In this document: piece by piece, positions 17,693 to 26,302 of the stretch
Numbering within the stretch: position 1 is the first letter of the stretch
How the letters are laid out: the number at the start of each line of letters is the position of its first letter
NCBI GenBank assembly: GCA_964652895.1
Contig: CAZZCH010000003.1
Location: 6,526-70,525, forward strand
Reading direction: 5' to 3'
From: an uncultured Eubacteriales bacterium
GTDB lineage: Bacteria; Acidobacteriota; Aminicenantia; Aminicenantales; Saccharicenantaceae
Length of the DNA stretch: 64,000 bases
Notes under the pieces: model-generated
Databases searched by the model: none
What the model was told of the DNA's origin: nothing
The model's input: the letters and a program-made list of their open reading frames with translations, nothing else
Position numbers and translations under genes: made by a program

Positions 17693-19054
17693 TCAGTACT
17701 CCGGGGCGAACTGCTCCATATCGGCGAAACGGGCGTATTCGCGGATGAACGCCATCTGGAGGTTGCCGATCGGCCCGTTCCTCTGCTTGGCGATGCTGAC
17801 CTCGGCGATGCCCTTGAGCGACTCGTCGTCGGGGTGGTAGAACTCGGGCCGGTAGATGAAGATGACGACATCGGCGTCTTGTTCGAGGGCGCCCGACTCG
17901 CGGAGGTCCGAGAGCATGGGCTTGGGTTCGCGCCGCCCCTTTTCGGGGGCCCGGCTGAGCTGGGAGATCCCGACGACCGGGATGCGCAGCTCCTTGGCCA
18001 GCTCCTTGAGGGACCGGGAGATGAAAGACATCTCCTGGTTGCGGTTCTCGAACCGCCCGCCCGTCCGCATGAGCTGGATGTAATCGACGAAAACGATGTC
18101 GAGGCGCTGCTCCATCTTCAGCCGCCGGCACTTGGCCTTCATCTCTATGACCGTCAGGGCCGGCGATTCGTCGATGAAGATCCGGGCCCGGGAGAGGGCC
18201 TCCCCGGCGAGCTTGAGCTTTTCGAACTCGCGGTCGCTGATGAACCCGGTCCGGGTCTTCTTGATGTCGATCTGGGACTCGGCGCAGAGGAGCCGGATGG
18301 CGATCTGCTCCTGGGCCATCTCCATGGAGAAGAAACCGACGGCCTTGTCCGTCTTGATCCCGACGTGGTGGGAGATGTTCAGGGCCATGGCGGTCTTGCC
18401 CATGGACGGCCGGGCCGCCAGGATGATGAGCTCCGAGGGGTGGAACCCCGCGGTCAGGCCGTCGAGGTAGCGGAAACCGGAGGGGACCCCGGTGACGGCC
18501 TCCTTGCGCTCGGCCAGCACGCGGATCATCTCCAGCGTCGGCCCGGCCAAGGCGCTCATGGGCTGAAAGCCGGGTTTGATGCGCTGCTCGGCGACTTCGA
18601 TGATGGCCGCCTGGGCGGAATTGAGCAGTTCGTCGGCGTCCTCCTTCTGCTCGTAGCTTTCCTGGATGATCCGGGTGGAAGAGAGGATCAGCCGGCGAAG
18701 GAGCGCCTTCTCCTTGATGATCTGGGCGTAGTATTCGATGTTGATGTTGCGGGGGACGCCGTCGAGCAGGGACGAGAGATAGGAGGCGCCGCCGATCTCT
18801 TCCAGGATGCCCGCCCGCTGGGCGTCCTCGGTCAGGCTGAGGAGGTCCACGGGGAGCCCCCTATCGACCAGCCCGACGATCCTCTCCAGGATCTTCCGGT
18901 GGGCGTCCTTATAGAGGTCGTCGGGAGAGATTGTGGACAGGACGACGTTCAAGCTCTCGTTTTGGACGAGGATGCCGCCGAGGACCGTCCGTTCGGCCTC
19001 GAGGCTCTGCGGCGGCGTCTTTTTCAGGAACATCGTGTCGAGTTCCATGGCCAC
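17693..19054 (-). CDS. dnaB: replicative DNA helicase DnaB
   Basis: The N-terminal domain is PQSLEAERTVLGGIL, Walker A is ARPSMGKTA, and a RecA-like core (LSQLSR...DADVVIFIYR) is present. Confidence 0.95.
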   Translation of the reverse strand: MAMELDTMFLKKTPPQSLEAERTVLGGILVQNESLNVVLSTISPDDLYKDAHRKILERIVGLVDRGLPVDLLSLTEDAQRAGILEEIGGASYLSSLLDGVPRNINIEYYAQIIKEKALLRRLILSSTRIIQESYEQKEDADELLNSAQAAIIEVAEQRIKPGFQPMSALAGPTLEMIRVLAERKEAVTGVPSGFRYLDGLTAGFHPSELIILAARPSMGKTAMALNISHHVGIKTDKAVGFFSMEMAQEQIAIRLLCAESQIDIKKTRTGFISDREFEKLKLAGEALSRARIFIDESPALTVIEMKAKCRRLKMEQRLDIVFVDYIQLMRTGGRFENRNQEMSFISRSLKELAKELRIPVVGISQLSRAPEKGRREPKPMLSDLRESGALEQDADVVIFIYRPEFYHPDDESLKGIAEVSIAKQRNGPIGNLQMAFIREYARFADMEQFAPEY

Positions 19055-19086
19055 CTCGCTCCGGCCAGGACCGGTCCGGAGAACGC

Positions 19087-19596
19087 TCAGGTCTTTCCGG
19101 TCGTCTGGTCTTCCGTCTTTCCGTCGGCTGCGCCGCCGTCCGTTCCCTCGGCCTCTTCGCGGGCCACGACGACCTTGATCTCCGCCCGGTCATCGTGGCT
19201 GATCTTGATGGGGACCGCGAAATTGCCGAGCCGCTTGATCGGCTCGTCGAGCAGGATCTTCTTTTTGTCGATGTCATACCCCAGCTTGTCGAGGGCTTCC
19301 TTGACGTCGCCGGATGACACCGAGCCGAAGATGACGTCCTTGTCGCCGGCCCGGCGGGTGAACGTCAGCGAGACCAGGTTGAGCTTCTGGGCGAGCGATT
19401 GGAAGGCCTTCCGCTCAATCTCGACTTTTTTCTTCAGGGCCTGGCGCTCGATCTCGATCATCTTGATGTTCGTCGGAGTGACGGCGAGAGCCATCTTACG
19501 GGGAATGAGATAGTTCCGCCCGAACCCGGGGGCGACGTTGACCACATCGCCGCGCCGGCCCAGTTTTTCCACGTCCTGTTTCAGAATGACCTTCAT
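19087..19596 (-). CDS. rplI: 50S ribosomal protein L9
   Basis: An internal ATG was chosen. The sequence begins MKVILKQDVEKLGRRGDVVNVAPGFGRNYLIPRKMA. Confidence 0.9.
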   Translation of the reverse strand: MKVILKQDVEKLGRRGDVVNVAPGFGRNYLIPRKMALAVTPTNIKMIEIERQALKKKVEIERKAFQSLAQKLNLVSLTFTRRAGDKDVIFGSVSSGDVKEALDKLGYDIDKKKILLDEPIKRLGNFAVPIKISHDDRAEIKVVVAREEAEGTDGGAADGKTEDQTTGKT

Positions 19597-19597
19597 G

Positions 19598-19864
19598 TCA
19601 ATCCTCGACGTAAGGAAGAAGGGCCATGAGCCGGGCCCGCTTGATGGCCAGGGCAAGCTTCCTCTGATGGAACGAGCACGTCCCGGTGATCCGGCGGGGC
19701 GTGATACGGCCCCTGTCGGGGATGTACTTCTTCAGGATCTCGACGGCTTTATAATCGATTCCCCGGACGTCCCGCTGGCAGAACCGGCAGAATTTCCTCT
19801 TGGGCGTGAAATACTTCCGGTAGCCGCCCCGCTCGCTCCGTTCGGGCCTTTCGTCTCTCGGCAT
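19598..19864 (-). CDS. rpsR: 30S ribosomal protein S18
   Basis: The sequence [57 protein letters not shown] is characteristic of S18. Confidence 0.95.
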   Translation of the reverse strand: MPRDERPERSERGGYRKYFTPKRKFCRFCQRDVRGIDYKAVEILKKYIPDRGRITPRRITGTCSFHQRKLALAIKRARLMALLPYVED

Positions 19865-19865
19865 C

Positions 19866-20267
19866 TCACTTCTCCTCTTTCACTTCGGCAGGCGCGGCGA
19901 CCGTCTGTTCGACGGCGGGTTCGGCGGCGACCTGCACGGCTTCCCCGGCGCGCTTTTTCCTCTTCCGCCCGAGGAGGTCCCGCGGGTCCCGGAGGACGGT
20001 CATGAACCGGATGACGGAGTCGGTCTGCTTGAACCGGCGCTCCAGCTCCGTGGAGATATCGCCCGCGCCTTCATAGGTGAAAAAAACGTATACGCCTTCC
20101 TGGAACCTTTTGATCGGGAAGGCCAGCCTGCGCTTACCCCAGATGTCCTGCTTGACCATGCGGCCCTTTTTCTGGCCGATGACCTCAGCCATCTGCTGTA
20201 CCAACTGCGCTGTCTCTTCTTCCGAGAGCGTGGGGGAGAGAACGAACCCCGTTTCGTATTGTCTCAC
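19866..20267 (-). CDS. rpsF: 30S ribosomal protein S6
   Basis: The GTG start has AGGAGG 5 nt upstream. The sequence is [12 protein letters not shown]...[21 protein letters not shown]. No ssb lies between rpsF and rpsR. Confidence 0.9.
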   Translation of the reverse strand: MRQYETGFVLSPTLSEEETAQLVQQMAEVIGQKKGRMVKQDIWGKRRLAFPIKRFQEGVYVFFTYEGAGDISTELERRFKQTDSVIRFMTVLRDPRDLLGRKRKKRAGEAVQVAAEPAVEQTVAAPAEVKEEK

Positions 20268-20329
20268 TGAGACCTCCTTATGGATTTAACAGCTCCTCCC
20301 CTCGGGAAGGAACAAGGAGTGCACCGACT

Positions 20330-20357
20330 ATTCTAGCCGATTCTCCGGAAAATTCAA
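20330..20357 (-). promoter_or_regulatory. sigma-70-type promoter candidate for rpsF-rpsR-rplI
   Basis: The minus strand reads TTGAAT, a 16-nt spacer, then TAGAAT, which leaves a leader of about 55 nt. Confidence 0.4.
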
Positions 20358-20385
20358 CCTTCCGCCACGCGATGGCAGGGGGTTC

Positions 20386-20976
20386 CTATTTTCCGGAATC
20401 CCCAGTCGTCGCCCGGCGACGGTTGAAACGGGTCATGGCCCGGTCGATCGCCCCATCGAGGATCATCTCCAGGGCCTCGCCGGCCGCTTCGAGACTTTTC
20501 TCGAGAGACAGACGCTCGTCGCGCCGGAAGGGCTCGAGGACGTAATCGGCCGCGTCCCGGCCGCCGGGGAGTGGGCCGATGCCGATCCGGATGCGCGGGA
20601 ACTCGTCGGTCCGGATTTCGCCCACGACCGAGATCATGCCCTTGTGCGTGCCGGGCCGGCCCTTTTTTCGCACCCGGATCTCGCCGAGCGGGATGTCGAG
20701 GTCGTCGTAAACCACGACAAGCCGCTCGGGCGGGATGTCCTTACCGGCCATGGCCGCCCGCGCCGCGAGGCCGCTCCGGTTCATGTACGTCTTGGGGAGG
20801 ACCAGCAGGACGTCCTCCTCGCCGCGGCGGGCGATACCGGTCCTGGCCCGGAACAGCCGGCCCCGCAGAGGGACGCCCCAAGCGCGGGCCACCCGCTCGA
20901 CCAATAGGAAACCGGCGTTGTGGCGCGTGGCCGCGTACTCGTCACCGGGGTTGCCCAGCCCTACAACCAGCCACAA
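20386..20976 (-). CDS. pth: peptidyl-tRNA hydrolase
   Basis: The sequence begins MWLVVGLGNPGDEYAATRHNAGF. Confidence 0.95.
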   Translation of the reverse strand: MWLVVGLGNPGDEYAATRHNAGFLLVERVARAWGVPLRGRLFRARTGIARRGEEDVLLVLPKTYMNRSGLAARAAMAGKDIPPERLVVVYDDLDIPLGEIRVRKKGRPGTHKGMISVVGEIRTDEFPRIRIGIGPLPGGRDAADYVLEPFRRDERLSLEKSLEAAGEALEMILDGAIDRAMTRFNRRRATTGDSGK

Positions 20977-20979
20977 GGA

Positions 20980-21645
20980 CTATTTCTCCGGCTCTTCCTT
21001 CTCGGCCCGTTCCTTCTTGATGATCTCGGGTTCCATGGCCTCCTCGGCCACGGCTTCTTCCGGCTTCTCGCCGGGGAATTCCTCTTCTTCCTTGTGGGGA
21101 AGGGACACGAGGACGAGGACGGTCGCGGGTTCCGTGATGAGCCGGACGCCGGCCGGGATGGCCATGCCCTCGGCTTTGAACGCCTGGTGGATGTGGAGCT
21201 CGGAGATGTCGATCGACAGGCTCTCCGGGATGTCTCGCGGCAGGCACTCGACCTCGACTTCGCGGGTGATGAAGTCGACGAAGCCGCCCTCGGTCTTGAC
21301 GCCCAACGGCTCGCCTTGATGGACGACGGGGACCGTGACCCGCACCGGCTTGTCCATGGAGATCCGGATGAGGTCGGCGTGGAGGAGCTCGTCGGTGACC
21401 GGATCGATCTGCAGGTCCTTGATCATGGCGTCGTACATGTCGGTGTCGACGGCGACCTTGAAGATCGTGTTCTCCCCGGACTCGAGCCTCATGATCTGGA
21501 CGATATCCTTCTTGCTCACGACGAGGGACCGGCTCTCCATCGATTCCCCGTACAGGATGGCCGGGATGAAGCCTTGCTTCCGCAGCCGGCGCGCGGCGTT
21601 GGATCCCAGTCCTTGGCGTTTCTCGCTCTTGACGACGATGTTCAT
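20980..21645 (-). CDS. rplY: 50S ribosomal protein L25/general stress protein Ctc
   Basis: The sequence contains RRLRKQGFIPAILYG followed by an acidic C-terminal extension. The prs-ctc-pth synteny is present. Confidence 0.9.
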   Translation of the reverse strand: MNIVVKSEKRQGLGSNAARRLRKQGFIPAILYGESMESRSLVVSKKDIVQIMRLESGENTIFKVAVDTDMYDAMIKDLQIDPVTDELLHADLIRISMDKPVRVTVPVVHQGEPLGVKTEGGFVDFITREVEVECLPRDIPESLSIDISELHIHQAFKAEGMAIPAGVRLITEPATVLVLVSLPHKEEEEFPGEKPEEAVAEEAMEPEIIKKERAEKEEPEK

Positions 21646-21655
21646 CTTGTTCTCC

Positions 21656-22585
21656 TTAAGCGAAGAGAGAGCTCACCGAGCTCCCCTCGTTGATCCTCCG
21701 GATCGCCTCTCCGAAAAGTTCGGCGACGGAAAGGACGGCGAATTTTCTGGAGGCGGCGGCCCGTTCCGTCAACGGTATCGTATTGGTCACGAAGACGCGT
21801 TCCAGTTTCGATTTCTCGATCCTGTCGAGAGCCGGCCCCGACAGGACGGGGTGCGTACAGGCGCTGAAGATCCTTTTGGCGTTCTCTTTGGCCAGGGCTT
21901 CCACGCTGAGGGTCAGAGTCCCGGCCGTATCGACGATGTCGTCGAAGATGACGACGTTTTGGTCGGCAACCTCGCCGATGACGTGGAGGACCTTGGCCAC
22001 GTTGGGCGCGGGCCGCCTTTTATCAATGATGGCCAGTTTGGCGTTCAGCCGCTGGGCGAACACCCGGGCCCGGCCGACGCCCCCGGCGTCGGGGGAAACG
22101 ATGGTCAGGTCCTCGAGCTTCAGCGTCTTGATGTGGTTGGCCAGGACGGGCGCGGACATGAGGTTGTCCACGGGGACCGAGAAGAAACCCTGGATCTGCG
22201 GCGAATGGAGGTCCATGGTCAGAATGCGGTTGGCCCCCGCTTTTTCGATCAGGTCCGAGACGAGGCGGGCCGAGATCGGGACGCGGGGACGGTCTTTCCA
22301 GTCCTGCCGGGCGTAGGGGAAGTAGGGGATGACGGCGGTGATCCGGCCCGCGGACGACCTCTTGAAGGCGTCGATCATGATGAACAGCTCCATGAGGTGG
22401 CTGTTCGCGTCGGACGACCCCGATTGGATGATGAACACGTCCTCACCGCGGACGTTCTCGTCGATGTAGAAGTGGATCTCGCCGTCGCTGAAACGGTCGA
22501 GGACGCACCGCCCGAGATCGATCTTCAAATAATCGACGATCTCCCGGGCCAGGGCCGTGTTCGATGATCCCGTGAATACCTTCAT
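21656..22585 (-). CDS. prs: ribose-phosphate pyrophosphokinase
   Basis: The sequence contains MKVFTGSSNTALAREI...YARQD...DLHSPQIQGFF...IVSPDAGGVGRAR...DDIVDTAGT. Confidence 0.95.
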   Translation of the reverse strand: MKVFTGSSNTALAREIVDYLKIDLGRCVLDRFSDGEIHFYIDENVRGEDVFIIQSGSSDANSHLMELFIMIDAFKRSSAGRITAVIPYFPYARQDWKDRPRVPISARLVSDLIEKAGANRILTMDLHSPQIQGFFSVPVDNLMSAPVLANHIKTLKLEDLTIVSPDAGGVGRARVFAQRLNAKLAIIDKRRPAPNVAKVLHVIGEVADQNVVIFDDIVDTAGTLTLSVEALAKENAKRIFSACTHPVLSGPALDRIEKSKLERVFVTNTIPLTERAAASRKFAVLSVAELFGEAIRRINEGSSVSSLFA

Positions 22586-22614
22586 CGTCTTTTCCTCGCC
22601 TTATATCGTCCGAA

Positions 22615-22686
22615 CTGGGGCGGGAGGATTCGAACCTCCGAATGACGGAGCCAAAGTCCGTTGCCTTACCGCTTGGCTACGCCCCA
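22615..22686 (-). tRNA. tRNA-Gln (anticodon UUG)
   Basis: The minus strand reads UGGGGCGUAGCCAAGCGGUAAGGCAACGGACUUUGGCUCCGUCAUUCGGAGGUUCGAAUCCUCCCGCCCCAG. The acceptor stem is UGGGGCG/CGCCCCA with U1-A72. The anticodon stem is ACGGA/UCCGU with loop CUUUGGC. The T arm is GGAGG-UUCGAAU-CCUCC. No CCA is encoded. Confidence 0.9.
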
Positions 22687-23543
22687 GCACCGAGCTGTGC
22701 CCAATAGCCCTCCCGCGGCAAGGTCGCCGCGAGCCGGGTGGCAGGCGTTCCGGGGAGCCTCTTCTGCGCCTCAAGGGCGCTCTCCGCGTCGGCGAAAATC
22801 CCATAAACCGCCGAGCCCGACCCGCTGACCTGGGACAAGATGGCCCCCCGCTCCCCGAAAAACTTTTTCCATCTCTCGAGCTCGGGATAGGCCCGGAGAA
22901 TGACGTGCTCCAGGTCGTTTTCTAAAAGGCCGAAGTCTCCGGTCTCTAGAAAACGCATAATTTTACTGACTTTGCCGTCGGAAGTCAAGGACGGCCCGAT
23001 GCCGGCATAGATGGACGCCGTCGGGATGGGGAATGGCGGGAAGACGAGCAGACAGGGGATGGGGGCAAGGTCGGGGAGGCGGGTCAAGCGGTCTCCGATG
23101 TCCTCCCCCAAACAAAGTCCCCCATGCAGGAAAAAGGGGACATCGGCGCCCAAGCGCCGGGCCAGTCCGGCCAATCCGGGCCTGTCGAGACCGAGGTCCC
23201 ACATCCGGTTGAGGCCCAAAAGCGCTGCCGCCGCGTTGGAACTGCCTCCGCCGAGCCCCCGGCCGGCGGGGATGCTCTTGTTAACCAGTATCCGGGCGCC
23301 ATGGTCAGTCCCCGATATTTCCTTGAGGAGACGGGCCGCTTGATGGACGAGGTTCGTCTCGTCCCAAACCACGGATGGGTCGTCCCCGGTGAGATGGATG
23401 GCGCCGGCCGGGGCGGGCTCGAGATGAAGCTCGTCCGCGAGGGAGATCGTCTGGAAAAGAGTTCGGATATCGTGGTAGCCGTCCGCTCTCTTGCCGACGA
23501 TCTCCAGGCCGAGGTTGATCTTGGCGAAGGATTTGACGGTCAT
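22677..23543 (-). CDS. ispE: 4-diphosphocytidyl-2-C-methyl-D-erythritol kinase
   Basis: This is the C-terminal 288 aa of ORF 22677..24149, and the ATG forms an ATGA overlap with the upstream stop. The sequence contains MTVKSFAKINLGLEIVGKRADGYHDI...NKSIPAGRGLGGGSSNAAA. The last 10 nt overlap tRNA-Gln. Confidence 0.9.
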   Translation of the reverse strand: MTVKSFAKINLGLEIVGKRADGYHDIRTLFQTISLADELHLEPAPAGAIHLTGDDPSVVWDETNLVHQAARLLKEISGTDHGARILVNKSIPAGRGLGGGSSNAAAALLGLNRMWDLGLDRPGLAGLARRLGADVPFFLHGGLCLGEDIGDRLTRLPDLAPIPCLLVFPPFPIPTASIYAGIGPSLTSDGKVSKIMRFLETGDFGLLENDLEHVILRAYPELERWKKFFGERGAILSQVSGSGSAVYGIFADAESALEAQKRLPGTPATRLAATLPREGYWAQLGAGA

Positions 23544-24223
23544 CTGTCCGTGCGCTCCAGGAGCTCCTCCCACGTTTTTAGGACATAGCCGCGGAGGAAG
23601 GACACGTCGAAGGCCGCTTCCCGCAACGAAGGGTTGAAGCCGAGCTTGAGGACCCTCATCTGCCCAGCCGTCCCCGGCCCCGAAAGCCCGATGTCCCTCG
23701 GCACTCCGGCCCCCGGGAAAAACGCCAGGACCGTGAACACGAAGCCGTCCCGCCCGCCGCGGGCGACCCGTCCCCGTTCGTCCTTTTCCACATTCCAACC
23801 GCCCTCGCCGCCGGCGGCCGCCCAGGTCCCGCTGAGGAGAAGGAGGACCTCGTCGGGCGGAAGGGCTATCCCCAGGAACCGTTTCATCATGGCCTCCGGC
23901 GTTTCTTCGGCGTAGGCCTTTTTCCCCGGCACGACGAAGTAGGCCCGGGCTTCGCGGAAGATTATGAGGAAGGCCGTCCTGCCGATCGGATCGATGGCCT
24001 CGACCCGGCCGAAGCCCGGCCGGCGGAAGAGGAAGGTGAATTTTCCCTTGACCGCCACGTCCTCTCCTCGCATGGCGGCCGAGCCGAACCCCTCGACGGC
24101 CTCGACGCCGCCGGGCGGGGGGACGAGGATGGGAGCGCGCCCCGCGCACGCGGTGAACACGCTGAGAAGACCCACGAGCCAGGCCAGACGGAGACGCCGG
24201 GGCGAAGGACTAATGAAATCCAT
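23540..24223 (-). CDS. lipoprotein, possibly LolB-like
   Basis: A lipobox is present (LLSVFTAC). Its position directly upstream of ispE-(tRNA)-prs mirrors the lolB-ispE-prs arrangement known in proteobacteria. The functional assignment rests on synteny only. Confidence 0.45.
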   Translation of the reverse strand: MDFISPSPRRLRLAWLVGLLSVFTACAGRAPILVPPPGGVEAVEGFGSAAMRGEDVAVKGKFTFLFRRPGFGRVEAIDPIGRTAFLIIFREARAYFVVPGKKAYAEETPEAMMKRFLGIALPPDEVLLLLSGTWAAAGGEGGWNVEKDERGRVARGGRDGFVFTVLAFFPGAGVPRDIGLSGPGTAGQMRVLKLGFNPSLREAAFDVSFLRGYVLKTWEELLERTDR

Positions 24224-24419
24224 AATCTTCGGTTTTCGGCGCCGCCTTCTCCCCGGCGCCCGTCGCCGCGCCGGCCTTTTCTTTAAGCCGCTTTTTCCTG
24301 ATGAGCGGATAGAACGGAGAAGTGATGCGTTTCCCGAAACAGGACATGTTGGGGTTGAGGATGAGGAGCAGGACGAACGCCGCGAAGATGATCAGGATGG
24401 CGGTGGTGCTCCAGTTCAT
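24210..24419 (-). CDS. small membrane protein, unknown function
   Basis: The 69-aa product has one TM helix (TTAILIIFAAFVLLLIL) and a basic tail, and the gene overlaps the downstream lipoprotein gene by 14 nt. Confidence 0.4.
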   Translation of the reverse strand: MNWSTTAILIIFAAFVLLLILNPNMSCFGKRITSPFYPLIRKKRLKEKAGAATGAGEKAAPKTEDYGFH

Positions 24420-24492
24420 CGTTCGACTCCCACCTTCTTCCCCGGGCGGGGAAAAAGGGATGGCGTTCTATGCCGGACGGACCGCGGGCCGC

Positions 24493-24627
24493 TCAGCCGT
24501 GGCTTTCGGGCTCTTCCTGGAATATCGGGATCTTGGATTTTTCCTTCTCTTTCCCGAGGTGAAGACCGAGGAAAAACACCGAACCCAAGGTCAGCATGGC
24601 CAGCAGAAACTTGAAGAAGCCTTTCAT
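24493..24627 (-). CDS. possible 44-aa membrane peptide
   Basis: It translates MKGFFKFLLAMLTLGSVFFLGLHLGKEKEKSKIPIFQEEPESHG, and GGGGAAGG lies upstream. It is below the ORF-track cutoff. Confidence 0.3.
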   Translation of the reverse strand: MKGFFKFLLAMLTLGSVFFLGLHLGKEKEKSKIPIFQEEPESHG

Positions 24628-24841
24628 CGTAACCTTCCCCTATTATTCTATTAAAATCCCGGAAAAAGTCAATGGCCAAAATTGCCGTTCGTCCACCGTT
24701 TCGTTTGATAGGTCGGTTTAAAGTGTTCTGGGGAATTCCGGGTCACGTCCGTGTGGCAATTTCGGGCTCATTTGCTTTTTCGTTCCACCGCCGATATATT
24801 GAAAGATAGGGAGCGCGCGGAGCGCGCCGGGGAGAAGGCCC

Positions 24842-25669
24842 ATGAGAATAAGCCTCTGGTTTTTGGCCGGGATGGTGGTCTTTGCCCTGGCCCAGGCGGC
24901 AGGCCAGGGTGTCCGGCCGGCCGCTTTCGCCGGCCAGTTCTACACGGCCGACCCGGCCCGTCTGGCGGCCGAGATCGAAAGCTATCTCGCGGCCGCCGTT
25001 CCGGCCGCCCCGCCCGCCGGCAAGATCTTAGCGCTCATCGTTCCGCATGCCGGGTATGTGTATTCTGGCCGGACGGCCGCTGCGGCCTATGCCCTTGTCC
25101 GGGACCGGGAGATCGACACGGTCGTCATCATCGGCCCGTCCCACCGGGCTGCGTTCGAGGGCTGTTCCATCTGGCCCGACGGCGGCTTCGAGACGCCGCT
25201 CGGGGTCGCCCGGGTCGATTCCGCCCTGGCCAAAGAGATCGCCAAGGCCTCGGGTTTCCGATTCCGGCCCGAAGCTTTCGCCGAAGAACACTCGGTCGAG
25301 GTCCAGGTCCCCTTCGTCCAGAAAGCCCTGCCCAAGGCCGCCATCGTTCCCATCGTCATGGGCCACCAAACCCCCTCGACCATCCGGACCTTGGCCGCCG
25401 CGCTGGGAAAAACCTGCCTCTCGAAAAAAGTCCTCGTCGTGGCCTCGACGGATCTGTCCCATTTCCTGCCGAAAGCGGAAGCGCAAGCGACCGACGCTTC
25501 GACGGCCGCGCTCATCCGGGCCATGGATACGGAAGGCCTCATCCGTAAAATCGAGGCCGGGGAGAACATCATGTGCGGCGGCGGTCCCTTCTGGCCGGGA
25601 AGGCGGGCCAAGCCCGGGTCGAGATCCTGGCTCGGACCGATTCGTCCGGCTTCGGAGGCCCGGTCGTAG
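24842..25669 (+). CDS. Memo-like protein (AmmeMemoRadiSam system protein B family) with signal-peptide-like N-terminus; frame becomes non-homologous after about 25585
   Basis: The N-terminus is MRISLWFLAGMVVFALAQAAGQ, followed by the Memo pattern AGQFY...VPHAGYVYSG...SVEVQVPF...STDLSHF...NIMCGGG. The last roughly 27 aa (FWPGRRAKPGSRSW...) look out of frame. Confidence 0.75.
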   Translation: MRISLWFLAGMVVFALAQAAGQGVRPAAFAGQFYTADPARLAAEIESYLAAAVPAAPPAGKILALIVPHAGYVYSGRTAAAAYALVRDREIDTVVIIGPSHRAAFEGCSIWPDGGFETPLGVARVDSALAKEIAKASGFRFRPEAFAEEHSVEVQVPFVQKALPKAAIVPIVMGHQTPSTIRTLAAALGKTCLSKKVLVVASTDLSHFLPKAEAQATDASTAALIRAMDTEGLIRKIEAGENIMCGGGPFWPGRRAKPGSRSWLGPIRPASEARS

Positions 25670-26277
25670 GCTATCTCGCCGCCGCCGTCCTTTCCGGGAC
25701 TGGGAAGCCCGGCCCCGGAGAGGGTGACCGCGGCGAGTACTCGCTCACGCCGGAAGAAAAAGCCGAGCTCCTCCGCCTGGCCCGGGCCTCCGTAACCGAA
25801 TTCATCGGGAGCCGGGTCGTAATCGAGGACGCCTCGGGTCAGGCGAAGTTCCTGGAGCCGCGGGGCGTGTTCGTGACCCTTACGAAAGGCGGGGACCTGC
25901 GCGGCTGCATCGGATTCATCGAACCTGTCGCCCCGCTGGGCCAAGCCGTCATCCGGGCGGCGATCTACGCGGCGACCGAGGACCCGCGTTTCCCTCCCGT
26001 TCGGCCCGCCGAACTCCGGGACCTCAAGTTCGAGATCTCCGTTTTGACGCCGGTCCGGGAAATATCCGACCCCCGGGAGGTCACCGTGGGCCGTCACGGT
26101 CTGATCATCGCGCGGGACGGTCTGAAGGGCGTCCTCTTGCCCCAAGTCCCGGTGGAGAACAAGTGGGACCGGGAGACCTTCCTCGAGCAGGCCTCGCTCA
26201 AGGCCGGCCTGCCGCGGGACGCCTGGCGGCAGGGCGCCAAGCTCTACGTCTTCGAGGCCATCGTCTTCCACGAATAG
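25573..26277 (+). CDS. AMMECR1 domain protein (AmmeMemoRadiSam system protein A family), preceded in-frame by the missing C-terminal end of the Memo domain
   Basis: The N-terminal LLAGKAGQARVEILARTDSSGFGGPVVGYLAAAV looks like a Memo C-terminus. It is followed by a linker and the AMMECR1 core RGVFVTLTKGGDLRGCIGF...DPRFPPV...HGLII...GVLLPQV. Confidence 0.8.
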   Translation: MRRRSLLAGKAGQARVEILARTDSSGFGGPVVGYLAAAVLSGTGKPGPGEGDRGEYSLTPEEKAELLRLARASVTEFIGSRVVIEDASGQAKFLEPRGVFVTLTKGGDLRGCIGFIEPVAPLGQAVIRAAIYAATEDPRFPPVRPAELRDLKFEISVLTPVREISDPREVTVGRHGLIIARDGLKGVLLPQVPVENKWDRETFLEQASLKAGLPRDAWRQGAKLYVFEAIVFHE

Positions 26278-26302
26278 GCCTCGGCCCCGGAAAGCGAATA
26301 AA

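Noticed and set aside
15930-19513. Plus-strand ORFs 15930..17840 (636 aa) and 17834..19513 (559 aa)
   Set aside because: They lie antisense to yacL, radA, dnaB and rplI. They have a low-complexity D/E/G/R/P composition.
21335-22567. 410-aa plus-strand ORF
   Set aside because: It lies antisense to rplY and prs.
22586-22700. tRNA-Gln as a possible integration site for a mobile element
   Set aside because: No integrase, no duplicated tRNA 3' end and no compositional break is present. The flanking genes (prs and ispE) form conserved housekeeping synteny.
24754-24775. TGGCA...TTGCT resembling a sigma-54 promoter upstream of the Memo-like gene
   Set aside because: The GG and GC elements are 16 nt apart instead of 10.
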